Shown: piece after piece, positions 9,534 through 19,045 of the stretch
Position numbering within the stretch: the stretch's first letter is position 1
Layout: each line of letters opens with the position of its first letter
From: Asaia bogorensis
GTDB lineage: Bacteria; Pseudomonadota; Alphaproteobacteria; CACIAM-22H2
Assembly (NCBI GenBank): GCA_945892765.1
Contig: CAMDDQ010000002.1
Coordinates: 3,427 to 67,426, forward strand
Length of the DNA: 64,000 nucleotides
Reading direction: 5' to 3'
Translations under genes and position numbers: made by a program
Notes under the pieces: model-generated
Seen by the model: the letters and a program-made list of their open reading frames with translations, nothing else
Told to the model about the DNA's origin: nothing
Databases searched by the model: none

Positions 9534-10138
9534 TTGACGTCGTCCAGCCCGGTTGTCCGCTTCCAGAAAAATCCATCGGCGACGTATTCAAGGTCGGGAA
9601 AGCCGTCGAGCCAAAGTCCGCCATAGTCGCGTTTGAATAGCAGGTCGCCATGCCCGCGATAGGTAATGGTCTGCGTCACCGGGGAGAAATATTCCATGCA
9701 GAGGATCCAGCGCCGGCTGACGCGATGAATCTCCCGCATGGCCGCGGCGAGCGCCTCGTCCGGTACATGGATCAACACCGTCGAGGTGAAAACGAGGTCA
9801 AACGAGGTATCCGCCAACGGCAGGGCCGCCGCCGTCGCGTCATGAACCCGCTCAGCCGGCAAAACGGATTCCGCAATCAAGATCTCGCGAGCTTGGCGGT
9901 TTGGCTCGACGGCGTGGAGCGCGGCCCCGGTTAGGCCGGTGAGCGCGCGCAGGTTGAGCCCGATATTGGCGCCGACCTCGAGAATCGACGCAGCCGGGGC
10001 ACCGGCGAGGTGAGGCAGGATCGAAGCAAAAGCCGCGATGCGCTGTCTTACACGTTCCGCGGTCGCTTGGTTGCGCTCGATATACGCGTTGCCAAAATCG
10101 CCGCGCCAGATGCCAAGTTGTTTTTCGCCGAGTGTCAT
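9506..10138 (-). CDS. Class I SAM-dependent methyltransferase, of the family associated with nonulosonic-acid (Pse-type) clusters.
   Basis: 'ILEVGANIGLNLRAL' SAM-binding motif. About 210 aa from the ATG at 10138, which overlaps the upstream stop (ATGA). Confidence 0.55.
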   Translation of the reverse strand: MTLGEKQLGIWRGDFGNAYIERNQATAERVRQRIAAFASILPHLAGAPAASILEVGANIGLNLRALTGLTGAALHAVEPNRQAREILIAESVLPAERVHDATAAALPLADTSFDLVFTSTVLIHVPDEALAAAMREIHRVSRRWILCMEYFSPVTQTITYRGHGDLLFKRDYGGLWLDGFPDLEYVADGFFWKRTTGLDDVNWWLLRKSH

Positions 10139-10890
10139 GGTGAGTCCTGCGGAAGTCCGCGATAAGGGTTTTGCGCCGTGGCGCGGTTGATGGCGAGCAG
10201 CTCCGGCCTGGCCGCGAACAATGCTTCGATGTCGGCGAAGCCAAAGCCCGGGCGCGTCGCATAGAGAGCGTCGAAGACGCGCCTCGCCAGTTCCAGATCC
10301 TCGGCGGTGTCGACCACAAGCCGCCAGTCCCGCCGCGTGGGGCGGCGATCGAGGAAGACACAGGGATAGCGATCCGGGCGGCGCCACAGGAAGGGTGTTA
10401 CGTGTTCGCGTTCATAGGAATCCACGGCTTCCCGATCCGCCTCCGCCAGGGCGTCCGCGCGGACGACTTCGATATCGAAGCCGAGGGGAAAACCGCTTGC
10501 GAACGCGGTTCGCGCATAGGGCAGGCCCGTGGCCTGCCGCATTGCGATAACCGCGGCGCAAACATCGGGGTCGATCATCGGGCAGTCCGACGTCAGCCGA
10601 ACGACGACATCCGCGCGGCACACCGTCGCGGCCATCGCCGTTCGGCGCAATACGTCGTCCTCCGGGCCACGCACCAACGTCACATCCCTCAACCCACGGA
10701 CCAGTTCGGCAATCGGGTCATGCGCCGGGCCTTCGGGAATGGCGACGCAGATGCGATCGAGCCCGCCGATGCGGCGCACGCGCTCGATCATGCGGGTCAG
10801 AAGCGGGGCGCCGGCCAGGGGCATGAGAACTTTGCCCGGCAAACGCGTGGACGTCATCCGCGCCTGGATGACGGCAACAACGTTGTTCAT
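10135..10890 (-). CDS. CMP-sugar cytidylyltransferase (SpsF/PseF-like, CTP_transf_3).
   Basis: N-terminal 'VAVIQARMTSTRLPGKVL' signature of acylneuraminate / spore-coat cytidylyltransferases. Confidence 0.7.
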   Translation of the reverse strand: MNNVVAVIQARMTSTRLPGKVLMPLAGAPLLTRMIERVRRIGGLDRICVAIPEGPAHDPIAELVRGLRDVTLVRGPEDDVLRRTAMAATVCRADVVVRLTSDCPMIDPDVCAAVIAMRQATGLPYARTAFASGFPLGFDIEVVRADALAEADREAVDSYEREHVTPFLWRRPDRYPCVFLDRRPTRRDWRLVVDTAEDLELARRVFDALYATRPGFGFADIEALFAARPELLAINRATAQNPYRGLPQDSP

Positions 10891-11543
10891 GCCGGCATTC
10901 CGCCGAAATCATCGGCAATGGCGCCGCCCAGTGCCTTGACGATCCGCCAGTTTGCCCGCAGGGCGGAGCCGAATCGGGGTTGTCCATCGCGCGGCCGGAT
11001 CGGTACAGATACGTTTGCCCAACGGTGGCCCGAGCGGATCGCAGCGAGCGCCATGGCGGTATTGATCGATCGCCTCGCCGCCGCCGCGCCATGGGTGCAA
11101 TAGACCGATGCCGAAAATGCCTTGAGGCCGCACAAGATGTCGGGAACGCCGAATTGGGCGCGCGCATAAAGATCGAACAGCCATTCGGAGGGTCGGGCGG
11201 GGTGCGGCCGCGCTCCTAGCACCAGGTCCGCTTGCCCGGCCGCGATTGGCGCCAGCATGCGCGCGATCACGGCGGGATCATGTTGGCCATCGGCGTCGAA
11301 AGACAAGGCGGCATCGAGCTTCAAAGACGCCGCTCGGGCGAAGCCACTGGCGAGCGCGCCGTCATAGCCGCGATTGGCGGCGTGCCGGACGACAATGGCG
11401 CCCGCCGTCTCGGCAAGCGCCGAAGTGGCGTCGCTGGAGCCGTCATCAACGACGATCACCTCGCCATAGGGGCGGACGCTACGCACGACCTCGGCGATGG
11501 TCTTCTCCTCATTCAGCGCCGGGATGACTATCCCGGCTTTCAT
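10887..11543 (-). CDS. Glycosyltransferase family 2.
   Basis: 'KAGIVIPALNEEKTIAEVV...VIVVDDGSSD' GT2 motifs. ATGA overlap with the downstream neighbour. Confidence 0.7.
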   Translation of the reverse strand: MKAGIVIPALNEEKTIAEVVRSVRPYGEVIVVDDGSSDATSALAETAGAIVVRHAANRGYDGALASGFARAASLKLDAALSFDADGQHDPAVIARMLAPIAAGQADLVLGARPHPARPSEWLFDLYARAQFGVPDILCGLKAFSASVYCTHGAAAARRSINTAMALAAIRSGHRWANVSVPIRPRDGQPRFGSALRANWRIVKALGGAIADDFGGMPA

Positions 11544-12610
11544 TCGACGTCGGCCAGCCGCACGCAATCGCCGGCGTCGATGGCGCGCCGGGCGACGTGA
11601 CCGATCAGTTCAGCCTTTCGATGCGGGGGCAACCCGTCCACCGGGCAAGGACGTAGCACGACAAGATCAGTCGCCTCGATCTTGCGACCACGCGGGATCG
11701 CCCGCGCCGCCCGGATGGCGCGGCGTTGCAGGACCACGGTTTCGACTTCGTTGTCTTCGACTTTCTTGATCCCATCGCCGAGTGCGGCCTCCAGTTCGCG
11801 CGTGCGATCCACCATCTCGCGCCAGTTGCGGGGATCCATCGAAAATTTGTGATCGGGCCCGGCGCGTTCGCAATCGTCGGTGAAGTGTTTTTCGATGGCT
11901 CTTGCCCCGAGCGCCACGGCGCCGAGCACCGTTGCATGACCGGGCGTATGATCGGAAAGACCGAGGATGACGTCCGGAAATTCTGCCGCGAAGGCAGTGA
12001 GTGCCTTCAGGTTGACGTGCCGGAAATTCTCAAGCGACGCGGTGTAGTTGGTGTTGCACTGCATCAGCACGATGTCGCTGCAATGTTTACGGGCGGCAGC
12101 CATCGCGGCGCGGACCTCGGCCATGGTCGAAGCGCCGGTGGCGATGATGAGGGGCTTGCCATCCTTCGCCATGCGTTCGATCGATTCATGCCAGGTCACA
12201 TCGCCCGAGCCTAGTTTCCAGGCGCAGACATGGGGCGCGAGTCGGTCGATCAGGTCGAGGTCGTAGGGCGCGGTGAAATAATCGATTCCGGCCGCGTTGC
12301 AGGTAGCCTTCAACGTCTCGGTCCACCCCACCGGCAAGGACGCATCGGCATAAACATCGAAGACGCTCTTTGCCCAATTGGCCTGGTGCGATTTCTGTCC
12401 GCCCAGCGCCTTGAAGCCATAGTCGGAAACGATGGTCTCCGCCCTGAAATTCTGGAACTTCGCGGCGTGGGCGCCGGCTTCCGCGCAAAGCCGTATCAGC
12501 CGCTTTGCGCGCTCGAGATCGCCATCGTGATTGGCGGCGACGTCGGCGATGAAATAGGTGGGATTGCGGCCACCCACGCGGTGGCGGCCTATGGTGAATT
12601 CCCGGCTCAT
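11540..12610 (-). CDS. NeuB-family nonulosonic acid (sialic/pseudaminic/legionaminic-like) synthase, paralog 1.
   Basis: 'YFIADVAANHDGDLERAKRLIRLCAEAGAHAAKFQ' TIM-barrel NeuB motif. C-terminal SAF/AFP-like domain. Confidence 0.85.
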   Translation of the reverse strand: MSREFTIGRHRVGGRNPTYFIADVAANHDGDLERAKRLIRLCAEAGAHAAKFQNFRAETIVSDYGFKALGGQKSHQANWAKSVFDVYADASLPVGWTETLKATCNAAGIDYFTAPYDLDLIDRLAPHVCAWKLGSGDVTWHESIERMAKDGKPLIIATGASTMAEVRAAMAAARKHCSDIVLMQCNTNYTASLENFRHVNLKALTAFAAEFPDVILGLSDHTPGHATVLGAVALGARAIEKHFTDDCERAGPDHKFSMDPRNWREMVDRTRELEAALGDGIKKVEDNEVETVVLQRRAIRAARAIPRGRKIEATDLVVLRPCPVDGLPPHRKAELIGHVARRAIDAGDCVRLADVE

Positions 12611-13446
12611 AGCCTGTCGATCTCTTCCTGAAGTGTGGGGAGGCGCCGCCCGAGAGCCGCCTCCAGACGGCTCACATCCATGCGCAGGTCGCGCGCCCGC
12701 CGGGCGCGGCCCGGAACGCCGCGTACGTAGCCGGAGGTCGCGCTGTCGGTCGCCAATCCGAGGCGCCGGGCGACGGCAAAGCCGAAATCCCGCTTCGACA
12801 TCCCGGCGCGGCTGCCGAAATTAAAAATGCCCGAGAGGTTCTTGTCCAAAGCCTCCGCGATCAACGCCGCCAGTGTATCCATTTGCAACGGCGAATAGAG
12901 GGAGTCCAAAAACAGTGTGATCGGATGGCGTTCCGCCAGATTTGCCGTGATCCAGTCCGAAAGGCTGAGACGCCCGGGGGTGCGCGACCGGCCGAAGAAA
13001 TTCGTGCGAATAATCAATGCGCCCGGATGCGCCATTGCCTCGCGTTCACCGTCAAGCTTGCTGCGGCCATAGGTGTTGACGGGGCCGGTGTTGTCCTCGG
13101 CATGCGGTCCGTCCGTGTCCGAATAGACCTGATCCGTCGAGATCGCGACGAGTCTGGTATCCGGGGCAAGAGCCGACACCAGATTGCGCGTCGCGTCGCG
13201 GTTGAGGGCGGCGGCGCGCGCCGGGTTCCCTTCGCATTCATCGACCAGGCTGAGCGCGGCGGAATGAATGACAATGCCGGGGTCGACCGACTCCACCATC
13301 CGACGTGTCGCCTGGGCATCGGTCAGGTCGCATGGGATATCCCCGCCGCGTCCGCCAGTGCCCACGACCTTGCCCCGTTTTGCCATCGTGTCGATCAGAT
13401 AGGGGCCGAGCAGGCCGGTGACACCCGTGACCAAGGTCGGCCGCAT
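12607..13446 (-). CDS. dTDP-4-dehydrorhamnose reductase-like (RmlD family) NDP-sugar 4-keto reductase.
   Basis: 'MRPTLVTGVTGLLG' N-terminus. 'YGRSKLDGE' YxxxK catalytic motif. About 280 aa. Confidence 0.75.
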   Translation of the reverse strand: MRPTLVTGVTGLLGPYLIDTMAKRGKVVGTGGRGGDIPCDLTDAQATRRMVESVDPGIVIHSAALSLVDECEGNPARAAALNRDATRNLVSALAPDTRLVAISTDQVYSDTDGPHAEDNTGPVNTYGRSKLDGEREAMAHPGALIIRTNFFGRSRTPGRLSLSDWITANLAERHPITLFLDSLYSPLQMDTLAALIAEALDKNLSGIFNFGSRAGMSKRDFGFAVARRLGLATDSATSGYVRGVPGRARRARDLRMDVSRLEAALGRRLPTLQEEIDRL

Positions 13447-13448
13447 GG

Positions 13449-14495
13449 TTAGGCAAGTAGTCCATTTTCAACGAGAACGCGGCGGAGCGATGCGGCGTCG
13501 AGCCACTCGGGATTGGTGTCGCTGGCGTACCGAAAGCCCTCGGCAACGCGCTTGGCGCCGCGATCGGCCAGTGACTCCGACCGCCAGAACTTGAGTGAAG
13601 GTTCGATAACAAAGCGGTCATCGAGTTCGACGGTCGTGCGGGCGTCGTCTTCGGTGACCATGACTTCGTGCAGCTTCTCGCCCGGACGAATGCCGACCGT
13701 TCGTTGAACGCGGCCAGGAAGCATCGCTTCGGCCAGGTCGGTGATGCGGACGCTGGGGATTTTGGGCACGAAGATTTCTCCGGCCTGCATTGCGGCAAGG
13801 GCGGACAGAACGAAATCAACCCCCTGGTCGAGCGTGATCCAAAAGCGCGTCATGCGGGGGTCGGTGATCGGCACGTCTCCCGCGCCCGCGGCCGCGAGCG
13901 TCTTGAACAGCGGTACGACGCTACCCCGAGACCCCAATACATTGCCATATCGAACGACGCAAAAATGCGCGCCGCCGCGGCCGCTCAGATGGTTGGCGGC
14001 GACGAAAATCTTGTCGGAGGCAAGTTTGCTCGCCCCGTACAGATTGATGGGGTTGACCGCCTTGTCGGTGGAAAGCGCCACGACCCGCTTCACGCCGGTG
14101 CGGAGCGCCGCCTTCACCACGTTCTCCGCACCCAAGACGTTGGTGCGGATGCATTCAAAGGGATTGTATTCGGCCGTCGGCACCTGTTTCAGCGCGGCGG
14201 CGTGGATGACATAGTCGACCCCGCGCATGGCCATCTCCAAGCGATCGGAATCGCGGACATCGCCAATAAAGTAGCGCATCGGGTTGCCCGCGCCGATCGT
14301 GGGATCGCCCTGCATTTCGTACTGTTTCATCTCGTCGCGGGAAAACACGATGAGGCGCTCGGGCCGCCAATGTCTCAATACCGCGCGTACGAAATGCCTG
14401 CCGAACGAGCCGCTCCCGCCGGTGATCAGGACGGTGGCGCCGTTTAAGTCGATGCGCGGCTGATAACGGCCGCTCCGGTCGGTATCAGGCTTCAT
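13449..14495 (-). CDS. UDP-GlcNAc 4,6-dehydratase, PseB/FlaA1/CapD-like (polysacc_synt_2).
   Basis: 'VLITGGSGSFGRHFV'. 'LYGASKLASDK' YxxxK motif. About 350 aa. The start was taken at the internal ATG (14495). Confidence 0.8.
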   Translation of the reverse strand: MKPDTDRSGRYQPRIDLNGATVLITGGSGSFGRHFVRAVLRHWRPERLIVFSRDEMKQYEMQGDPTIGAGNPMRYFIGDVRDSDRLEMAMRGVDYVIHAAALKQVPTAEYNPFECIRTNVLGAENVVKAALRTGVKRVVALSTDKAVNPINLYGASKLASDKIFVAANHLSGRGGAHFCVVRYGNVLGSRGSVVPLFKTLAAAGAGDVPITDPRMTRFWITLDQGVDFVLSALAAMQAGEIFVPKIPSVRITDLAEAMLPGRVQRTVGIRPGEKLHEVMVTEDDARTTVELDDRFVIEPSLKFWRSESLADRGAKRVAEGFRYASDTNPEWLDAASLRRVLVENGLLA

Positions 14496-16133
14496 CGCGG
14501 ATTTTCTCCAAACGGAAAGGGCCGAGGTAGAGCACGTCAAGGCCACTGCAGAAATAGGTGTGCAACGCTTCTAGCGGGGCGTTGACCGTCGGCTGTTCAT
14601 TGATGTTGAGGCTGGTGTTGAGCACAACCGGGACGCCACCCTTGGCCGCGAATGTCTCGATCAGGCGATGGAACAGCGGATTGTGTTCGGCGCTAACACT
14701 TTGCAGGCGCGCGGTGTTGTCGACATGGGTGACTGCCGGCAAAATGTCGGCGGTCCCGGGCCGTGCCGGAAAGGTCACGACCATGAACGGCGCATCAAAG
14801 CTGTTCTCAAAATAGTCGGCCTGCGCGGCCGGCAGAACCGACGGGCAAAAGGGCCTGAATTCTTCACGGTATTTGATGGTGGCGTTGATGCGGTCTTTCA
14901 TCGCCTTACTGCGTGGGTCGGCGAGAATGGATCGGTTGCCAAGGGCGCGTGGACCGAATTCCATGCGTCCTTGAAACCAGCCCACGGTCCGTTGCGCGAG
15001 CAAGTCGGTGGCCGCGGCTTCGGTCGGGTCGCGGCACTCGGCAAAACGCGCGCCGACCTGAACGAGCGTCCGGCGGATTTCGTCCGGTGAATATTCCGGT
15101 CCCCAATAGGCATGGGCGAGCGGCGCGATGGAATGCCCGTGTTCGACGCATTTCAGCATGGCCGCGCCCAAAGCGACGCCGGCATCATGCGGGACCGGCG
15201 GGACATAGAGCCGGCGGATTCCGGCTTCCCGCCAAATCTCCATGTTCATCTTGCAGTTCAGCGCGACGCCTCCAGCAAGGCACAGATCGGTGCAGCCGGT
15301 GCGTTGAACCAGCGTGCGGGCGAGATGAACGCCGATTTCCTCCAATCGCTTTTGACCACTTGCGGCGATATCGCGGAAGCGGTCGTCGAGTTTCTGACCG
15401 GGCAGACGGCGCGGGCCAAGAACCTCTTCGAGCAATTCCGTGAATATGCGTTCTTGTCGCGTCGAGAAATCGGTCGTGTATATCGGCGCATCGCGCAGCC
15501 GCTTGTCATAGCCGCGCTCGAGCACGAAGCCGAAGCCATCGGGGCGGAGGATACGGTCGAAGGCCTCCAGGAATCGCGGCGTGCCGTAGGAGGCAAGACC
15601 CATGACCTTGTATTCGTCATGCGTCATGGAGAACCCAAGGTACTGCGTCAGCATCCCGTAGAACAGGCCGAGGCTGTTGTGACGTTCGAAACGGACAACC
15701 TCCGACATCGTCTTTCCCCGGCCATGGATGGCGAGGCCCGAACTCGAATCGCCCGAGAAATCGACGCACAAGACGCCGGCCTCGTCGAAGCCGGAGCCGT
15801 AATAGGTGCTGGCAGCGTGGCAGAGGTGGTGGTCGTAGAGTTCTATTTTTGGGCTGTGGCCGAAATTGAAGGCGAAATAATCGGTCAGGCGCTGTGCATA
15901 GTGCGGATAGGATTTGAGCGGCGAACATACCCAATCGACATCGCGCATCGTGATGCCGGCCTTCTTGAGGCAGAATCGGATGGCGCCACGCGGTAGCTCC
16001 CCGCGCGCGTGTTTGGCGAGTGTGAACCGCTCCTCCTCGCTGGCGGCGATTAACTCGCCGTCTCGCAAGAGCACGGCGCCGCCGTCGTGGTGACCGTGTT
16101 TCAGGCCAGAACTGATGCCGATGACGTACATGG
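14485..16133 (-). CDS. Carbamoyltransferase (NodU/CmcH family).
   Basis: 'MYVIGISSGLKHGHHDGGAVLL...DHHLCHAASTYY' N-terminal Kae1/YgjD-like fold with a C-terminal carbamoyltransferase domain. Start at the internal ATG (16133), because the ORF-track start lies inside the upstream gene. Confidence 0.8.
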
Positions 16134-17369
16134 AGCCTTTGTGTTGAAAGAACCGCGAATGATGGAAATTTCCTGACCCACGCGCTCGTCCCAGCCGATC
16201 AAGATCTTGTCGGCGAGCCGCCGGGCGGCGGCGGCGTGGGCGGCGACCTGTTCGGGGCGGTCGAGCAATGCGATGAGTGTGTCGGCGAGACTTCGGGCTA
16301 TGTCGGCGCGAGAAACGCGCTTTGCACAGTCCCGGGGTAACAGCGACTCGGTGATCTGATCGATATGGGCCGCCGGATCGCCCTCCAGCACGACCATACA
16401 TTTGCCGGCGGCGAGCGCCTCAAGATTGGCGTTGCTCAAATTGCCATGTTTGTTGAGCGAGACATAGATATCGCAGGCCGCGTAGACTGCTGGCATCGCG
16501 TCATGCGGCAGACCGTCCAGAAGATGGATATCGCTGGGTCGGCCGGCATCCTGAAGACTCTGAAGTAGCGTGTCCTTGAGGCTGCCCGAACCGGCGATAA
16601 CGAACTGGGCGGCATCCGGCCGGTCCCTGAGGACAAGCAGCGCCGCATCGAGAAATTCCACGCAACCCTTCATGGTCTCCAGACGGCCGACAAAAAGGAT
16701 TGTCGGTCGCCGGTTCGGTCCAAGCCGGGCGCGTAGTGTCTCGACTTGTTCCGGGCTTGGCCCGTCCTGGTCCACGCCGTTCAGGAGAATCGAGAGCGGC
16801 GCCGAGGGCCGGAGCAAACGCGGCAGGTACCATTCGGCGCCGCTGCCCTCCTGAGTGCAGACCACGTGGTCGAAGGGCGCGGCATAGAGCCAGCGCACGA
16901 AACCGCCTCGGGATAGCGCCAGCGCCTGCTCCGCCGGGAACATGCCCATGAACCGCAAGATGACGCGGCCTAATCCAAGACGCGCGAAAAGCGCGGCTAT
17001 GGCGAAATTGGCGCTGGTGAAATAGATGACGTCGGGACGGTGGCGCAGATAGAGCCATAGACAACGCGCGGCATGTGTGAATTCGCGCCACGCCGTATCC
17101 AGCCCCGTCGCGGCGAGCCCGGGGCGCCGCCGATAGGGCAGGATGGCGCAGACGCCAAGGCGATCGACATTGGCCCATCGCCGCCCGGCGAATCGTTGTC
17201 CCGCGGGTTCGTCCTTACACCCGAAAACGGAGATCAGGTCGATGTCGGGGGCGTCGGCGAGGGCTTCCAGCAATTTGTAGATCGCGGGTTGGCCTTTCGG
17301 CCGCCAAGTGCCCGTCGCCAGCGAATCAGAGAAGCCGGAGAACAGCCGTGAGACGACCATCACGCGCAT
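16101..17369 (-). CDS. Glycosyltransferase family 1 (GT4).
   Basis: 'ILFVGRLETMKG...LEALAAGKCMVV' GT1 C-terminal domain. Confidence 0.7.
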   Translation of the reverse strand: MRVMVVSRLFSGFSDSLATGTWRPKGQPAIYKLLEALADAPDIDLISVFGCKDEPAGQRFAGRRWANVDRLGVCAILPYRRRPGLAATGLDTAWREFTHAARCLWLYLRHRPDVIYFTSANFAIAALFARLGLGRVILRFMGMFPAEQALALSRGGFVRWLYAAPFDHVVCTQEGSGAEWYLPRLLRPSAPLSILLNGVDQDGPSPEQVETLRARLGPNRRPTILFVGRLETMKGCVEFLDAALLVLRDRPDAAQFVIAGSGSLKDTLLQSLQDAGRPSDIHLLDGLPHDAMPAVYAACDIYVSLNKHGNLSNANLEALAAGKCMVVLEGDPAAHIDQITESLLPRDCAKRVSRADIARSLADTLIALLDRPEQVAAHAAAARRLADKILIGWDERVGQEISIIRGSFNTKAPCTSSASVLA

Positions 17370-19045
17370 TCGGCCTCGATCGCCCGTCCGTCGAGACCGA
17401 GACCCTTGGCGGCCAAATAGGCTTCGACATGCCAGGAAATGGCGTTGCGGTGATCGCGTCGATCCCGTCGCACGCGGGGATAGGGTGCGATCGCGTAATT
17501 GGCGACGACGTCCATCCAGTAAGCGAAGTGCGAGCGTTCAAATCGGTGCCAGCGCTTGCGGCCGAATGGCACGAACGCGGCCTTGGCGGCCAAGCGCAGT
17601 GGCGCGAGCCAGGCGGGAGATACACGCCGCGGAAAGGCCCAGCCCTGCCAGACGCCGCCCCAATTTTGTTCTTCGAGCATGCGGCGGTAGAGCGACTGCC
17701 CCGCCTTGGCGGCGAGTGGGGCCTCCGCCCAAAAGTCCAAATAGTCGTTGTCCCACAGCGGCAGCCGCCAATCGAAACCCAGGAATTCGTAAATGCGTTG
17801 GCCGCCGATCACGTATTTGCATTGGCGATTGCGGAATTCCGAAACCTCGAAAAGCCCGTGATCGGTCTCGGGCTCGCCAAGAACACCCCCGGACGCTGCG
17901 ATGTCCGTCTTTAGGCGCCCTTGGACCAACGCCAAATTCTCGCGCGTTTTGAGAGACCCCCACAGGCTGTAATGTTTGGCGACGAGCCCGTCGAGAATAA
18001 GGCGCCAGCGAGAATCGGCGTCGAGTTCGGATCGCGCCCGCCGCAGCGCCACAGGGATATGATTGCCGGCAATGAAATCGCCTGTCTGGCCATTAACGAG
18101 CACGGCGTCCTTCGGCAGCCAGCCGGAATCGCGAAGGCTGCGCACGGCATGGAAATCCTGCTGGAAGGGAACCGCGGCCAGGGTGTCGGCAAACCGGACA
18201 TAGGCCTGGTTGTCGGCCGAGGCGAAGACGTCGCGCTGGATTCTCGGATCGAGGCGAATGAATGTCCACGGATAGCCCAGCCGGTCGGCGATGCCGCGTC
18301 CCGCTTCGGCCTCGTAGTTTCCCGGAAGTCCGTAGGAAAAGCACCGCACCTGCCGAACACCGAGCCGATGGAGGCCGGAAACGATCAGGCGCGAATCCAG
18401 ACCCGCGCTGAGCGGCACCACGATCGGGCGGCCGCCCACCGAGGCGGCCATCCGTGCCAACACGCCGAGCGTTACGTCGGCAAGTTGGCTTGTCGTTTTT
18501 GCAGGTGTGCCGGCGCTGCTCTGCCAAGGCGTCCAGGCGTGGTAGCGCTTCTGTAGAGGTAGCGCCGGTCCTCGTATGAGTAGAAAATGGCCGGGCTCGA
18601 TTTGGTCGATGCGGCGGTCCAAAGTTTTGGCGCCGAGTGTGTAGCCTGACATTCCCAGCACCAGGGCCGCTTCGCGATCGAGGTATTCGGGCGATGGGCG
18701 AAGTCTTCCCTGCAAGCGCAAGGCATTGGCACCGATGATCGGCCCGCTGGAACCTTCCGTCACGAAGAGCGGGATGCTGCGAACCCGATCGACGGCGGCC
18801 AAGGTCCACTCCGGCGTCTCAGCAACAAGAGCAAAATGGCCGTGGAGCGAGAGCAAAGCGGAAGCGAGTTTGTCCGCGTCGGCATTGGCGAAAGCGCGCG
18901 CGAGCGATTCCGCCGACTGCCCGTCGACGTAGCCCTTGGTCCAAAGCGCCATCGTGCCATGGCGCGTCCGGCGCCAACCGTAGCCATCCTCAATGTCGAC
19001 AAACGTGGCGGCGGGGATGGCGGTTCGGGCGATTTGGGCGGTCAT
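17360..19045 (-). CDS. Asparagine-synthetase-domain protein lacking the N-terminal Cys nucleophile. AsnB C-terminal / β-lactam-synthetase-like ATP-dependent amidotransferase.
   Basis: PP-loop variant 'VPLSAGLDSRLIV'. The N-terminus 'MTAQIARTAIP' has no Cys2. Start ATG at 19045 overlaps the upstream stop (ATGA). Confidence 0.6.
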   Translation of the reverse strand: MTAQIARTAIPAATFVDIEDGYGWRRTRHGTMALWTKGYVDGQSAESLARAFANADADKLASALLSLHGHFALVAETPEWTLAAVDRVRSIPLFVTEGSSGPIIGANALRLQGRLRPSPEYLDREAALVLGMSGYTLGAKTLDRRIDQIEPGHFLLIRGPALPLQKRYHAWTPWQSSAGTPAKTTSQLADVTLGVLARMAASVGGRPIVVPLSAGLDSRLIVSGLHRLGVRQVRCFSYGLPGNYEAEAGRGIADRLGYPWTFIRLDPRIQRDVFASADNQAYVRFADTLAAVPFQQDFHAVRSLRDSGWLPKDAVLVNGQTGDFIAGNHIPVALRRARSELDADSRWRLILDGLVAKHYSLWGSLKTRENLALVQGRLKTDIAASGGVLGEPETDHGLFEVSEFRNRQCKYVIGGQRIYEFLGFDWRLPLWDNDYLDFWAEAPLAAKAGQSLYRRMLEEQNWGGVWQGWAFPRRVSPAWLAPLRLAAKAAFVPFGRKRWHRFERSHFAYWMDVVANYAIAPYPRVRRDRRDHRNAISWHVEAYLAAKGLGLDGRAIEAECA

